IMG/VR virus record: IMGVR_UViG_3300001097_000003
Span: 1-64,000 of that record
Source: a virus
Length of the DNA: 64,000 nucleotides
Reading direction: 5' to 3' (one strand)
Shown here: one piece after another, positions 55,182-62,627 of the stretch
Numbering within the stretch: the stretch's first letter is position 1
How the letters are laid out: each line of letters starts with the position of its first letter
Translations under genes and position numbers: made by a program
Notes under the pieces: generated by a model
What the model was told of the DNA's origin: nothing
Seen by the model: only the letters and a program-made list of their open reading frames with translations
Databases searched by the model: none

Positions 55182-56072
55182 CGCTTGATCTTTTATATTT
55201 CTATAAAAGGCAGACTATATCTTAATTATTCTTTTTCTATTTCTTACTATAATTTTTAAATCAATTTTATCATTTAATTTATATCTCCATACATATCCTT
55301 TAGCAGTAATGTTAATTTCATTACATGAATATTGTATGGTTCTATGATTACAATGCATATTAGTAGCAGCTTCTCTAATTCCTTTAAATTCTCTTATAAA
55401 AATACCTTCTTTATTATACTGTAAAATTGGTTTTCTAAGTTTGTTTTTAAAATCTTCAGATTTAGGTAAGTTTTTCCTAGCTGCTGACATTTGTAATCTA
55501 AATTCTTTACTAAATAAATAACCAGCTGAACCAGATACTTTATTATCTTTATTATATAACATATTTTTATAATGTTTATAACAAAAACTCAAATATAATT
55601 GTTCAGTATCTTTAATATTTTCTGATATTTCTATAATATCAAAATCAAAAGAATGTTCTAAATATTTATTAAAAGAAGTTTGTAAATGATTATTACTATG
55701 TTTATTATTTCTTAATTTTGAGAAATGATATAGTAATCTTTTTCTAATATTGGAAGATGATCCAATATAGAATTTATTATTTAGTTTATTAATTATAATA
55801 TAAATACCTTTGGTATTTTGTAAAATAGTAGAATAATTCCTACCTTTTCCTAGGCTACTAAGCCAAGTACTCCCTTGCGGGATAGTCGTTGAACCTTCCT
55901 CATGTACTAATATATTTAGAGGCTTGGCTGCTGATTGTCTATTTTTTGTTATAGCCATATAACAAATATACAAAATATTTTCAAACTTTCATAATCTACT
56001 TTCGTGATTATTGTAGTTATTTTGTCTTTAAGAGTTTCCAGCAATTAAATAGGTTACGAGGCATTTATGTTT
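55182..56072 (-). mobile_element. group I intron (subgroup IA-like) carrying a GIY-YIG homing endonuclease ORF
   Basis: Core elements: P AAUUGCUGGAAAC (56046-56034), Q AAUCAGCAGCC (55936-55926), R GGUUCAACGACUAUCC (55895-55880), S AAGAUAUAGUCUGCC (55223-55209). P1 pairs exon GAGGU with intron GCCUC, with a U.G pair at the 5' splice site. P10 pairs exon-2 GUUU with intron AAAU. The terminal intron nucleotide is G. GC-rich hairpins CCC-GCAA-GGG and GGCU-UAGU-AGCC follow R. Confidence 0.75.
55215..55973 (-). CDS. GIY-YIG homing endonuclease (I-TevI-like), intron-encoded
   Basis: KGIYIIINKLNNKFYIGSSSNIRKRLLYHFSKLRNNKHSNNHLQTSFNKY closely parallels I-TevI SGIYQIKNTLNNKVYVGSAKDFEKRWKRHF...LQRSFNKH. 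It has a C-terminal HTH-like AATNMHCNHRTIQYS. The first roughly 50 codons of the open frame overlap the intron core, so the true start is uncertain. Confidence 0.85.
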   Translation of the reverse strand: MYICYMAITKNRQSAAKPLNILVHEEGSTTIPQGSTWLSSLGKGRNYSTILQNTKGIYIIINKLNNKFYIGSSSNIRKRLLYHFSKLRNNKHSNNHLQTSFNKYLEHSFDFDIIEISENIKDTEQLYLSFCYKHYKNMLYNKDNKVSGSAGYLFSKEFRLQMSAARKNLPKSEDFKNKLRKPILQYNKEGIFIREFKGIREAATNMHCNHRTIQYSCNEINITAKGYVWRYKLNDKIDLKIIVRNRKRIIKI

Positions 56073-56556
56073 ACCTCCAGTACATCATAACCCCCGGTTG
56101 TTTTTTCCAATTATCTTTTGATGTCAAACCTAAAGATTGAGCATCACTATATTTGTAACTTACATCTTCTTCAATTCCATCCCTGTAAAATCTAATTACA
56201 GTTTCAGCATCTTTTTTACCATCTAAACCTTCAAAAACTTCAAAGTCTTTAATTGTTTTAGTTCTAACACCACCTTTAAAACAAAGTGATGCCATACCTT
56301 TTGGCTTAAGGGCAGGTTTACCCATGATAACATCAATCATTTCAAATGATGCCATTGTTTGTAAATTCAATTCTTTTCCTTTTAATGCAATTACTACAGC
56401 CATTTCTGGTGTTTTAATTGACGTAGGTAAAAGACCACTTTTAATCCAAGTTTCAGCTTGTTCCAACATCTGATTTTGTATATCAGTTTGTCTAGTTAAA
56501 CTTGTATTAACACTATTTGCTACTTCTAGTACTTGTAATTCTTCTTCTTTCTTCAT
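56073..56556 (-). CDS. RecT/Redbeta-like single-strand annealing protein, exon 1
   Basis: 161 codons ending ...DNWKKQPGVMMYWR, then an in-frame TAA created by the first intron nucleotides. The internal segment LNLQTMASFEMIDVIMGKPALKPKGMASL resembles the SSAP core. Confidence 0.6.
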
Positions 56557-56566
56557 CTATATCTGT

Positions 56567-57700
56567 CTATCTTATTTTAAACTCTTCTTCTATTTGTTTA
56601 TAATCACCTTCTGTCATTTTGTTTGGTAACTCCCTAAAGTAATTAACTGCTCCATGAAATAATAAATGGTCTGAACATGATCCTGATCCATCTCTATTAA
56701 ATATTACTATTAACTCTCTATAATGATCTACCAATCTTTTTATATTGTAACCTTCATAACTTTCAATCTTAAATCTAGCGGGTCCAAATAGACCTAACAT
56801 TAAATTACAATCTCTACCTACTAATTTACAATCTCCTAATCCATCAGGTGAAGGTTTTAACTTATCTATAATTGTATTACCACTAAAAGTATACTGTTGT
56901 TGCTCTTGTCCAGCAGCTTGCTGTTGAACACCTACTACACAAGTTTTATATTTATCTCTTAGTTTTAATGCATGGCGAGAACTAAAATCATGTATAGCAT
57001 CAAATAATGTTTGACCTTTTTCAGGTAACATAACATTATAATTATCTACAATTACAATTACTAGTTCATTTGGGTTATTTGCTACATATCTACTCTTTAT
57101 CCTCCTTTTCGTTACTGTTTTACCATCTTCTTCTAGCCAATCTAGATCTTTATATTCCCAAGTACCGTTTTGTTCATAGTAATCACTTACATACTTATAA
57201 ATACCATAAGGATTTCTTATGTTGTCTATAATCTCTACAGTTTCTTCAAATTCTGTAAAATAAGTATCATACTCTTCTAACAAACTTTCTGTTTTATCAT
57301 CTAGTATTCTATTTTCAAATACAGATAATAAATCATCAGGAGAAACAATTATACCTTTATCTTTAAATATTTTATAAGATAATATAGACATAATCTTTCT
57401 TTCTCTACTCATTTCTAAGGAGAAATATATTATTTTTAAATCTATATTTTTAGGTTTATATTTCTTTACGAATTCGTAAGGTTCGTATACAAAAAGATAA
57501 TCACATATTTGTGTTTTACCAACTTTTGAGTTTGCTGTAACAATAATATATTTTTCTTTTTGTATTCCCGGTACTACTGAAGATAATCCGGGTAGATTTT
57601 TCCAAGGTATACAATTGTATCCTCCGTCTAATCTTATTTGTTTATTCTCTTTTATTCTATTTCTTACTCTATTAAATAGACTTATTCTTTTCTCTCTCAA
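56567..57700 (-). CDS. DnaB/gp4-family replicative helicase (RecA-like ATPase)
   Basis: 377 aa with Walker A ANSKVGKT, Walker B LVIVIVDNYN and VVGVQQQAAG. It sits in the replication block next to the loader-like and recombinase genes. Confidence 0.7.
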   Translation of the reverse strand: MREKRISLFNRVRNRIKENKQIRLDGGYNCIPWKNLPGLSSVVPGIQKEKYIIVTANSKVGKTQICDYLFVYEPYEFVKKYKPKNIDLKIIYFSLEMSRERKIMSILSYKIFKDKGIIVSPDDLLSVFENRILDDKTESLLEEYDTYFTEFEETVEIIDNIRNPYGIYKYVSDYYEQNGTWEYKDLDWLEEDGKTVTKRRIKSRYVANNPNELVIVIVDNYNVMLPEKGQTLFDAIHDFSSRHALKLRDKYKTCVVGVQQQAAGQEQQQYTFSGNTIIDKLKPSPDGLGDCKLVGRDCNLMLGLFGPARFKIESYEGYNIKRLVDHYRELIVIFNRDGSGSCSDHLLFHGAVNYFRELPNKMTEGDYKQIEEEFKIR

Positions 57701-57723
57701 CTATCTTTCCTTTCTATTTAATA

Positions 57724-58368
57724 TTAATTCAGAGACTTAGTAAAAATATCTCTTGAATAATCATCTTCTATTTTTAAATCAATTATATCTTCTCTTTCTA
57801 ATCTACATTTTACATCTTCACAAGATGATCCTAGATTAGAAATTCCATTTTTATCTATGAAATAATGAGCCAATTGCATAAAATTGTATTGTTTCATTCT
57901 CATAAAATTAACATAATCTTTCGTAGCCCTTATAATAACGTCTTTTGTATATTCAGGATATTTCTTGATGAATTTCCCCATCTTTGTAATACATCCTTGT
58001 TTATCGGATTTTACTAAATATCCTCCAGACTTTATTCCTCTAGGCCATAGATCAAACCATTCATCAAACCAATCTTCTAATTTTTCTGATATTAATTTAG
58101 AGGGTATAGATTTTTCAATAAAGTCTTCTACAAATAAATCTGTAACAAACATATTTGCAAATCTATACCTCTCTGATTCTTTTTTTAAATCTAGATAACC
58201 TATTGATCTAATAAACTCCATACTACTTTCGTCTATGAGTGTACCAAACATTTCGATATATACTAGTAATTCAGGTTTTGATTGTTGATAGATAAAGCTA
58301 CAAAATAAGTACTGATTAATATCTAATCTGTATTTTATTAATTTTTCTATATCTACGTTAACTATCAT
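57724..58368 (-). CDS. replication initiation / helicase-loader-like protein candidate
   Basis: 214 aa. WFDEWFDLWPRGIKSGGYLVKSDKQGCITKMGKFIKKY resembles the F-x-x-F-W-x-x-Y-P-x-K motif of phage DnaD/'conserved phage C-terminus' proteins. It lies immediately upstream of the helicase. Confidence 0.4.
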   Translation of the reverse strand: MIVNVDIEKLIKYRLDINQYLFCSFIYQQSKPELLVYIEMFGTLIDESSMEFIRSIGYLDLKKESERYRFANMFVTDLFVEDFIEKSIPSKLISEKLEDWFDEWFDLWPRGIKSGGYLVKSDKQGCITKMGKFIKKYPEYTKDVIIRATKDYVNFMRMKQYNFMQLAHYFIDKNGISNLGSSCEDVKCRLEREDIIDLKIEDDYSRDIFTKSLN

Positions 58369-58377
58369 TTATTATTT

Positions 58378-58536
58378 TTATTCCTCCTCTTCATTTAATC
58401 TTATTATTACAGTCATTATATCATTACGTAAAGTACCTTTATCTATTTCGGTTCCTTCATATTCAAAATCTTTACAATTAGCTTCAATTAAATAATTAAT
58501 TTCTTTTTCAATTTCATATATGTTTAATTTTTTCAT
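58378..58536 (-). CDS. small hypothetical acidic protein (52 aa, shorter than any ORF listed in the supplied track)
   Basis: ATG at 58536-58534 and TAA at 58380-58378. Sequence: MKKLNIYEIEKEINYLIEANCKDFEYEGTEIDKGTLRNDIMTVIIRLNEEEE. It fills the gap between two annotated ORFs. Confidence 0.45.
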   Translation of the reverse strand: MKKLNIYEIEKEINYLIEANCKDFEYEGTEIDKGTLRNDIMTVIIRLNEEEE

Positions 58537-58537
58537 A

Positions 58538-58768
58538 TTATTTAAATTTTTGTATTAATGAATCATATGTAATTAATACTTCATCATTAAATCCATTTGA
58601 CACATAAGTTAAACCATCATATACATGTCTTATTGTTTGTTCATTATTAACTCCAGTACTTCTAGAAACCAGTTCTCCTTTATTATCATATAATGATAAA
58701 TAAACCCAAGTTTCTTCTATACCATTTACAGGTAATGTAAAAGATTCTCTTTTTATATCAAATCTCAT
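58538..58768 (-). CDS. small hypothetical protein
   Basis: 76-aa ORF in a run of overlapping small genes. Confidence 0.5.
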   Translation of the reverse strand: MRFDIKRESFTLPVNGIEETWVYLSLYDNKGELVSRSTGVNNEQTIRHVYDGLTYVSNGFNDEVLITYDSLIQKFK

Positions 58769-58979
58769 AATCTTCTTCTTCTAAATCAATAAACTTTTCT
58801 TGATCTTTAAATACTTTATCTCCTGTTAATTCAACAGCATCATTATATTCTTCTTCTTTTGCAGAAAATAATTGAATTCCACTACCTTCACATATAGGAC
58901 AAGCTGTATGACTATCCATTTTAATAGGAAATCTACCTGTACCTTTACATTTCTTACATTTTTTTGTATAATTACTCAT
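58758..58979 (-). CDS. small DnaJ-type zinc-finger protein
   Basis: 73 aa with two C-x-x-C-x-G-x-G repeats (CKKCKGTG and CPICEGSG) and an acidic C-terminus. Confidence 0.55.
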   Translation of the reverse strand: MSNYTKKCKKCKGTGRFPIKMDSHTACPICEGSGIQLFSAKEEEYNDAVELTGDKVFKDQEKFIDLEEEDYEI

Positions 58980-59215
58980 AATCCTATTATTTCTTTATAA
59001 AATATTTCATTGTCTTCTAGTAATTGTTCTAATGTAGGATCATATAACAAGTTGACAGTTTGTTCATCACATTCTACTCCGAATTCTTTTTCAATTAATC
59101 TAGCAATTTCTAAATAAGTTTTAGTATTAAGTTTTTCTTTATAATCATTCTCTAACATATTTAGATATAATTCTATTTCATCTAATTCAACTTTCTTTAG
59201 CTTATTACCTTTCAT
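58976..59215 (-). CDS. small hypothetical acidic protein
   Basis: 79-aa ORF with 4-nt overlaps on both sides. Confidence 0.5.
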   Translation of the reverse strand: MKGNKLKKVELDEIELYLNMLENDYKEKLNTKTYLEIARLIEKEFGVECDEQTVNLLYDPTLEQLLEDNEIFYKEIIGL

Positions 59216-59439
59216 AATATTTCTTTAATTGACAATAGTTCTTTTATATCGTTTTTATAACCTTCTATCCTAGTTTCAAGTTGATCAAGATAATCACTAA
59301 TATTACTATCAATAATATCGTTATCTTCTTGAAACATTGATAATTCTGTTTCTAATTCATATAAATTACGAAATAAACCTTTTAACTTTCTATATAATAT
59401 ATTACTATTGTTTATATCTCTTAAACTAGTTCTTTCCAT
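59212..59439 (-). CDS. small hypothetical acidic protein
   Basis: 75-aa ORF, coiled-coil-like. Confidence 0.5.
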   Translation of the reverse strand: MERTSLRDINNSNILYRKLKGLFRNLYELETELSMFQEDNDIIDSNISDYLDQLETRIEGYKNDIKELLSIKEIL

Positions 59440-59639
59440 GATAAATTTATGTTAGATTCTTCTTGTTCTTCATAATCTTGTTCGTACGAGCAACAAGGAC
59501 TTAATACTCTATGATAATAACGTTTTGTGTTATCATCTAGTTCCAGAAATTCATAATAACTAATGGTTTGCTTAAGAGTTATGTAATTACTTCTATATTG
59601 TAAATTATCTTTTAATTTATATTTTAAATCTTCTGACAT
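59421..59639 (-). CDS. small hypothetical protein
   Basis: 72-aa ORF. Confidence 0.5.
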   Translation of the reverse strand: MSEDLKYKLKDNLQYRSNYITLKQTISYYEFLELDDNTKRYYHRVLSPCCSYEQDYEEQEESNINLSWKELV

Positions 59640-59640
59640 A

Positions 59641-59991
59641 TTATTTAAATTTTACAAATCCTAATGATAATTTAGTACAAGGACTATCTATTATAAGACT
59701 GTGTTCATATAAATCAGGTCTAAAAAATATAATTTTTTTACCCACACAAAAAAGTAAATCTTTCTTTTTTATATAAAACCATGATTTACCTTTTAATTTG
59801 ATATTTAATCTATAATGATTTCCATTTTCTATAGGATCTTTATGCCAATTTAATTGTGTATTTGGTTTATATTTTAATATATAACCATCAAAACCCCATT
59901 TCCATATTTTAAAATACCAAAGAAGAAATTTTTGATAGTCGGTATTTTGTTGTCTACCAGACTGCCATTTCCATAATTTAATACTCGTCAT
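59641..59991 (-). CDS. small protein with H-x-D...H motif (cupin/dioxygenase-like, speculative)
   Basis: The probable start is MTSIKLWKW (ATG at 59991). The track's MIMIMMMM extension is the antisense reading of the upstream gene's poly-Asp codons. NWHKDP...RPDLYEHSL gives an H-x-D...H spacing. Confidence 0.45.
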   Translation of the reverse strand: MTSIKLWKWQSGRQQNTDYQKFLLWYFKIWKWGFDGYILKYKPNTQLNWHKDPIENGNHYRLNIKLKGKSWFYIKKKDLLFCVGKKIIFFRPDLYEHSLIIDSPCTKLSLGFVKFK

Positions 59992-60400
59992 CATCATCAT
60001 TATCATTATCATATTGCTCTTGAATATCTCGTAATCTTAACAAATACATTATCATTTCTGAATTATTAGTACTGGTATATCGATTTCTAAATACTTTATC
60101 AAATTTAAGATTATCTATTTGGTCTCTATATCTAGGTGTATCATATACATCAACTAATAATTGATGAGTTATATATCCACTATCATGAAGTGATTCAATT
60201 ATGTTTTCGAATGTTTCTAAAAACATAATATTTTCACAAGATCCTATAGAAGATATTTGACAATTATTTGTAGGGCAGTTGTGTAAATAAAAATTCCCAC
60301 CACTAGAGATTGATACACAAGTATAAATACTACCTAAATTTGTTAATTCAGCTTTTATTATTTTTACATATTTGTTTTCAAAAACTATTTTATTAGTCAT
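59978..60400 (-). CDS. hypothetical protein with poly-acidic C-terminus
   Basis: 140 aa ending in DNDNDDDDEY. Confidence 0.5.
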   Translation of the reverse strand: MTNKIVFENKYVKIIKAELTNLGSIYTCVSISSGGNFYLHNCPTNNCQISSIGSCENIMFLETFENIIESLHDSGYITHQLLVDVYDTPRYRDQIDNLKFDKVFRNRYTSTNNSEMIMYLLRLRDIQEQYDNDNDDDDEY

Positions 60401-60409
60401 AATATTATT

Positions 60410-62263
60410 TTATATAGAACAATTAGCACCAGCACAAGCTAGTTCCTGACTATGTTCAGTATTATCATCTATTTCAATTACTTTTGTAAGATCAATATTT
60501 GATAATGTTTTAATCCTTTTGTTATATTCTTCTTCTGTTATATCTTCGAAAGGGGCTTGTACATAACTTCCATTGTCATATGGTAAAACACTTAATCCAT
60601 TAAATGTTTTTTTATTTTTCCACATCCAATCTCCTACAGCTTCCCAATCTTCTGGTTTTAAAGATATAGTAGCAGATACATTATTTGTATTAGTACCAGA
60701 TCTATGACCTTTTTTAACCCATTCTAAGTTAAATTTCTTTACTCTTTCAAGTAACTCTAAAGCAGATTCAGTTCTAAGAATAGAACCTTCTGGTGCTTTT
60801 TGAGGAATTCTAACTATTGCTTGAGTATCAGGTCTGAAGAAATCATCTTCTAATAGCTCTGGTGCATACATAGTTAAATAAGTATATAAATTCTCATTTT
60901 TATTTAATCTTATTGATCTTAAATAGTAGTCATTATGCCACGCATGTATCCCAGAACTGGTTCCCAATACACAACTAGAAGTGCCACTAGGTTTAATAGT
61001 AGTAACTCTCGCAGCAGGACTAATTCCGATTTCTTTAGCAATTGTTTCATTCGTTATTCTTGCTACTTCAGCAGCTTCTTCTAAATTATATTTTAATATT
61101 TTACCAGATCCTATACCAGTCATTCCTACACCGATCAGAGCTTCTTTCTCTGTTGTCTTCTTCCATATATCACGAAGATAATGAAAGTCTGTTATACCGG
61201 CTTGTAATGTTCCAAAATAGGTTGCTGCTAATACTCTACTTTCCAAATCATATTGTGATTCGACATCAGATACATTTACTTCGCAAAGATTGCAAAACTG
61301 ATAAGGACGAAGAGCAATTTCGCAACAAGGGTTAGTACCCCAATTACTATCATTAGTAAAATAAACACCAGGCTCTCCAGAACCAGATATTTCAATTTTC
61401 TTCCAAAGGTTATTCCACTCATCTATATTTATTCTATTTCTTACAATTACAGCAGAGTTATTAGCTCTACCTCTTTGCTCATTTAATTCCCACCAACTTC
61501 CTGATTTAGAGGCTAACATTTCTTCATCATCTACTGAAAATAAAGCAATCATTGCGGCTCTTCTAATTCCACCAGCCAGTACAGCATTAGCTATATGACA
61601 CATAATATCATGAGCTTCAATAGGAGTAAGTTTACTACCGTTTTCTTTTCTTTCCAGAATAGTTTCGATATGAAATAAACATACTTTTAATGGCTCTGAT
61701 CCTGGTGCTTTACCACCTGCTGTTTTTAATCTAGTTCCTTTAGCTCTTATGTCTCTAAAATCAAAATTAGGTTTAGCAGAGCTTTTACCAAGATATGATT
61801 TCATTAACATTTTTACACTATCTGCCCAACCTTCTATACTATCACCTATTAAGAATCTTTTAGATTTAGTAGGTTTAATAATTTCAGGTAATTTATCTAT
61901 GTGAGCAAATTGTACACTATATCCAACTCCAGTTCCCCCTAATAAAAGAAACATAGCTTCACTAAACGATCTATAATCATCTAAAGGAAGATATGCGCAA
62001 TTATATACTCTACTAGGATTTCTTTCAATTGGTAATCCTGCAAACTGTAAGGCCCTCATTGAGGGTAGTATCTTTTTATCAATTATAAATGATGACAGAT
62101 TTTTTATCTTTTCTTTTTGGTCTGGATACTTATCTATCATCATTTTACAATATCTTTGGACTATTTCGTTCCAAGATTCTCTTCTTTCTTCTCTCTCTAG
62201 GTATTTACTATATTTTGAAAACACCGTTATTTCACTCATGATCTTGGTACTATTATCCTGCAT
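60410..62263 (-). CDS. class II (B12-dependent, monomeric RTPR-like) ribonucleotide reductase candidate
   Basis: 617 aa with FSKYSKY, ILPSMRALQFAG, GTGVGYS and the catalytic-loop-like TNPCCEIALRPYQFCNLCEV (compare NPCGEI...CNL). It has a C-terminal Cys pair (CAGANC). There is no glycyl-radical motif. Confidence 0.65.
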   Translation of the reverse strand: MQDNSTKIMSEITVFSKYSKYLEREERRESWNEIVQRYCKMMIDKYPDQKEKIKNLSSFIIDKKILPSMRALQFAGLPIERNPSRVYNCAYLPLDDYRSFSEAMFLLLGGTGVGYSVQFAHIDKLPEIIKPTKSKRFLIGDSIEGWADSVKMLMKSYLGKSSAKPNFDFRDIRAKGTRLKTAGGKAPGSEPLKVCLFHIETILERKENGSKLTPIEAHDIMCHIANAVLAGGIRRAAMIALFSVDDEEMLASKSGSWWELNEQRGRANNSAVIVRNRINIDEWNNLWKKIEISGSGEPGVYFTNDSNWGTNPCCEIALRPYQFCNLCEVNVSDVESQYDLESRVLAATYFGTLQAGITDFHYLRDIWKKTTEKEALIGVGMTGIGSGKILKYNLEEAAEVARITNETIAKEIGISPAARVTTIKPSGTSSCVLGTSSGIHAWHNDYYLRSIRLNKNENLYTYLTMYAPELLEDDFFRPDTQAIVRIPQKAPEGSILRTESALELLERVKKFNLEWVKKGHRSGTNTNNVSATISLKPEDWEAVGDWMWKNKKTFNGLSVLPYDNGSYVQAPFEDITEEEYNKRIKTLSNIDLTKVIEIDDNTEHSQELACAGANCSI

Positions 62264-62266
62264 TAA

Positions 62267-62572
62267 TTATTCTCCTTTTACTTCTTTTTTTACAACTGGT
62301 TTCCTAACTCTTTTAGGTTTAACCTCTAATTGCTGTTTTTCTGCAACTTCTCTGGCTAATCTAGCTTTATTTATTGCACCAGCTTTTTCTTTTCCTAAAG
62401 TAGCTTCAACATATTCACTAGTATAGGCTTTAGGTTCTATACTAATTTTATTAGGTACTAAAACAGGATTTTCTTCCTTCTTAGTACCTAATTTAACAAA
62501 CTTTGTTAGTAGAGCTATTACTGCTATTACTATTAATACGAAAAGTCCTGCGATTACTAAATTTTCTAACAT
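62267..62572 (-). CDS. small membrane-anchored lysine-rich protein
   Basis: 101 aa with an N-terminal transmembrane segment (LVIAGLFVLIVIAVIALL) and a K/E-rich tail. It is preceded by a promoter-like site. Confidence 0.5.
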   Translation of the reverse strand: MLENLVIAGLFVLIVIAVIALLTKFVKLGTKKEENPVLVPNKISIEPKAYTSEYVEATLGKEKAGAINKARLAREVAEKQQLEVKPKRVRKPVVKKEVKGE

Positions 62573-62578
62573 AACTTA

Positions 62579-62610
62579 CAAATTTACGGTTTTTAACCCT
62601 TTAAAACAAA
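62579..62610 (-). promoter_or_regulatory. Bacteroidota-type promoter candidate (TTTG-N20-TAAATTTG)
   Basis: On the minus strand, TTTG is at 62610-62607, followed by a 20-nt spacer and TAAATTTG at 62586-62579. It ends 6 nt upstream of the ATG at 62572. Confidence 0.55.
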
Positions 62611-62627
62611 TTTAATTTATTATTTTA

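Noticed and set aside
55974-56070. An apparent 97-nt untranslated spacer upstream of the GIY-YIG ORF, first considered as a promoter or 5' UTR of a free-standing homing endonuclease.
   Set aside because: It is reinterpreted as the 5' part of a group I intron (P1 to P4). It contains the IGS (GCCUC) and the P element, and it pairs with Q, R and S elements further downstream.
57965-58198. Plus-strand ORF inside the loader-like gene.
   Set aside because: It is a nested antisense ORF.
59992-60012. MIMIMMMM N-terminal extension of ORF 59641-60012.
   Set aside because: The ATG/ATA run is another reading frame, on the same strand, of the upstream gene's GAT/AAT (poly-Asp/Asn) codons. The start at 59991 (MTSIK...) is more plausible.
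60981-62426. Plus-strand ORFs 60981-61181, 61042-61335 and 62238-62426.
   Set aside because: They are antisense to the RNR-like gene and the small membrane protein gene, with no supporting signals.
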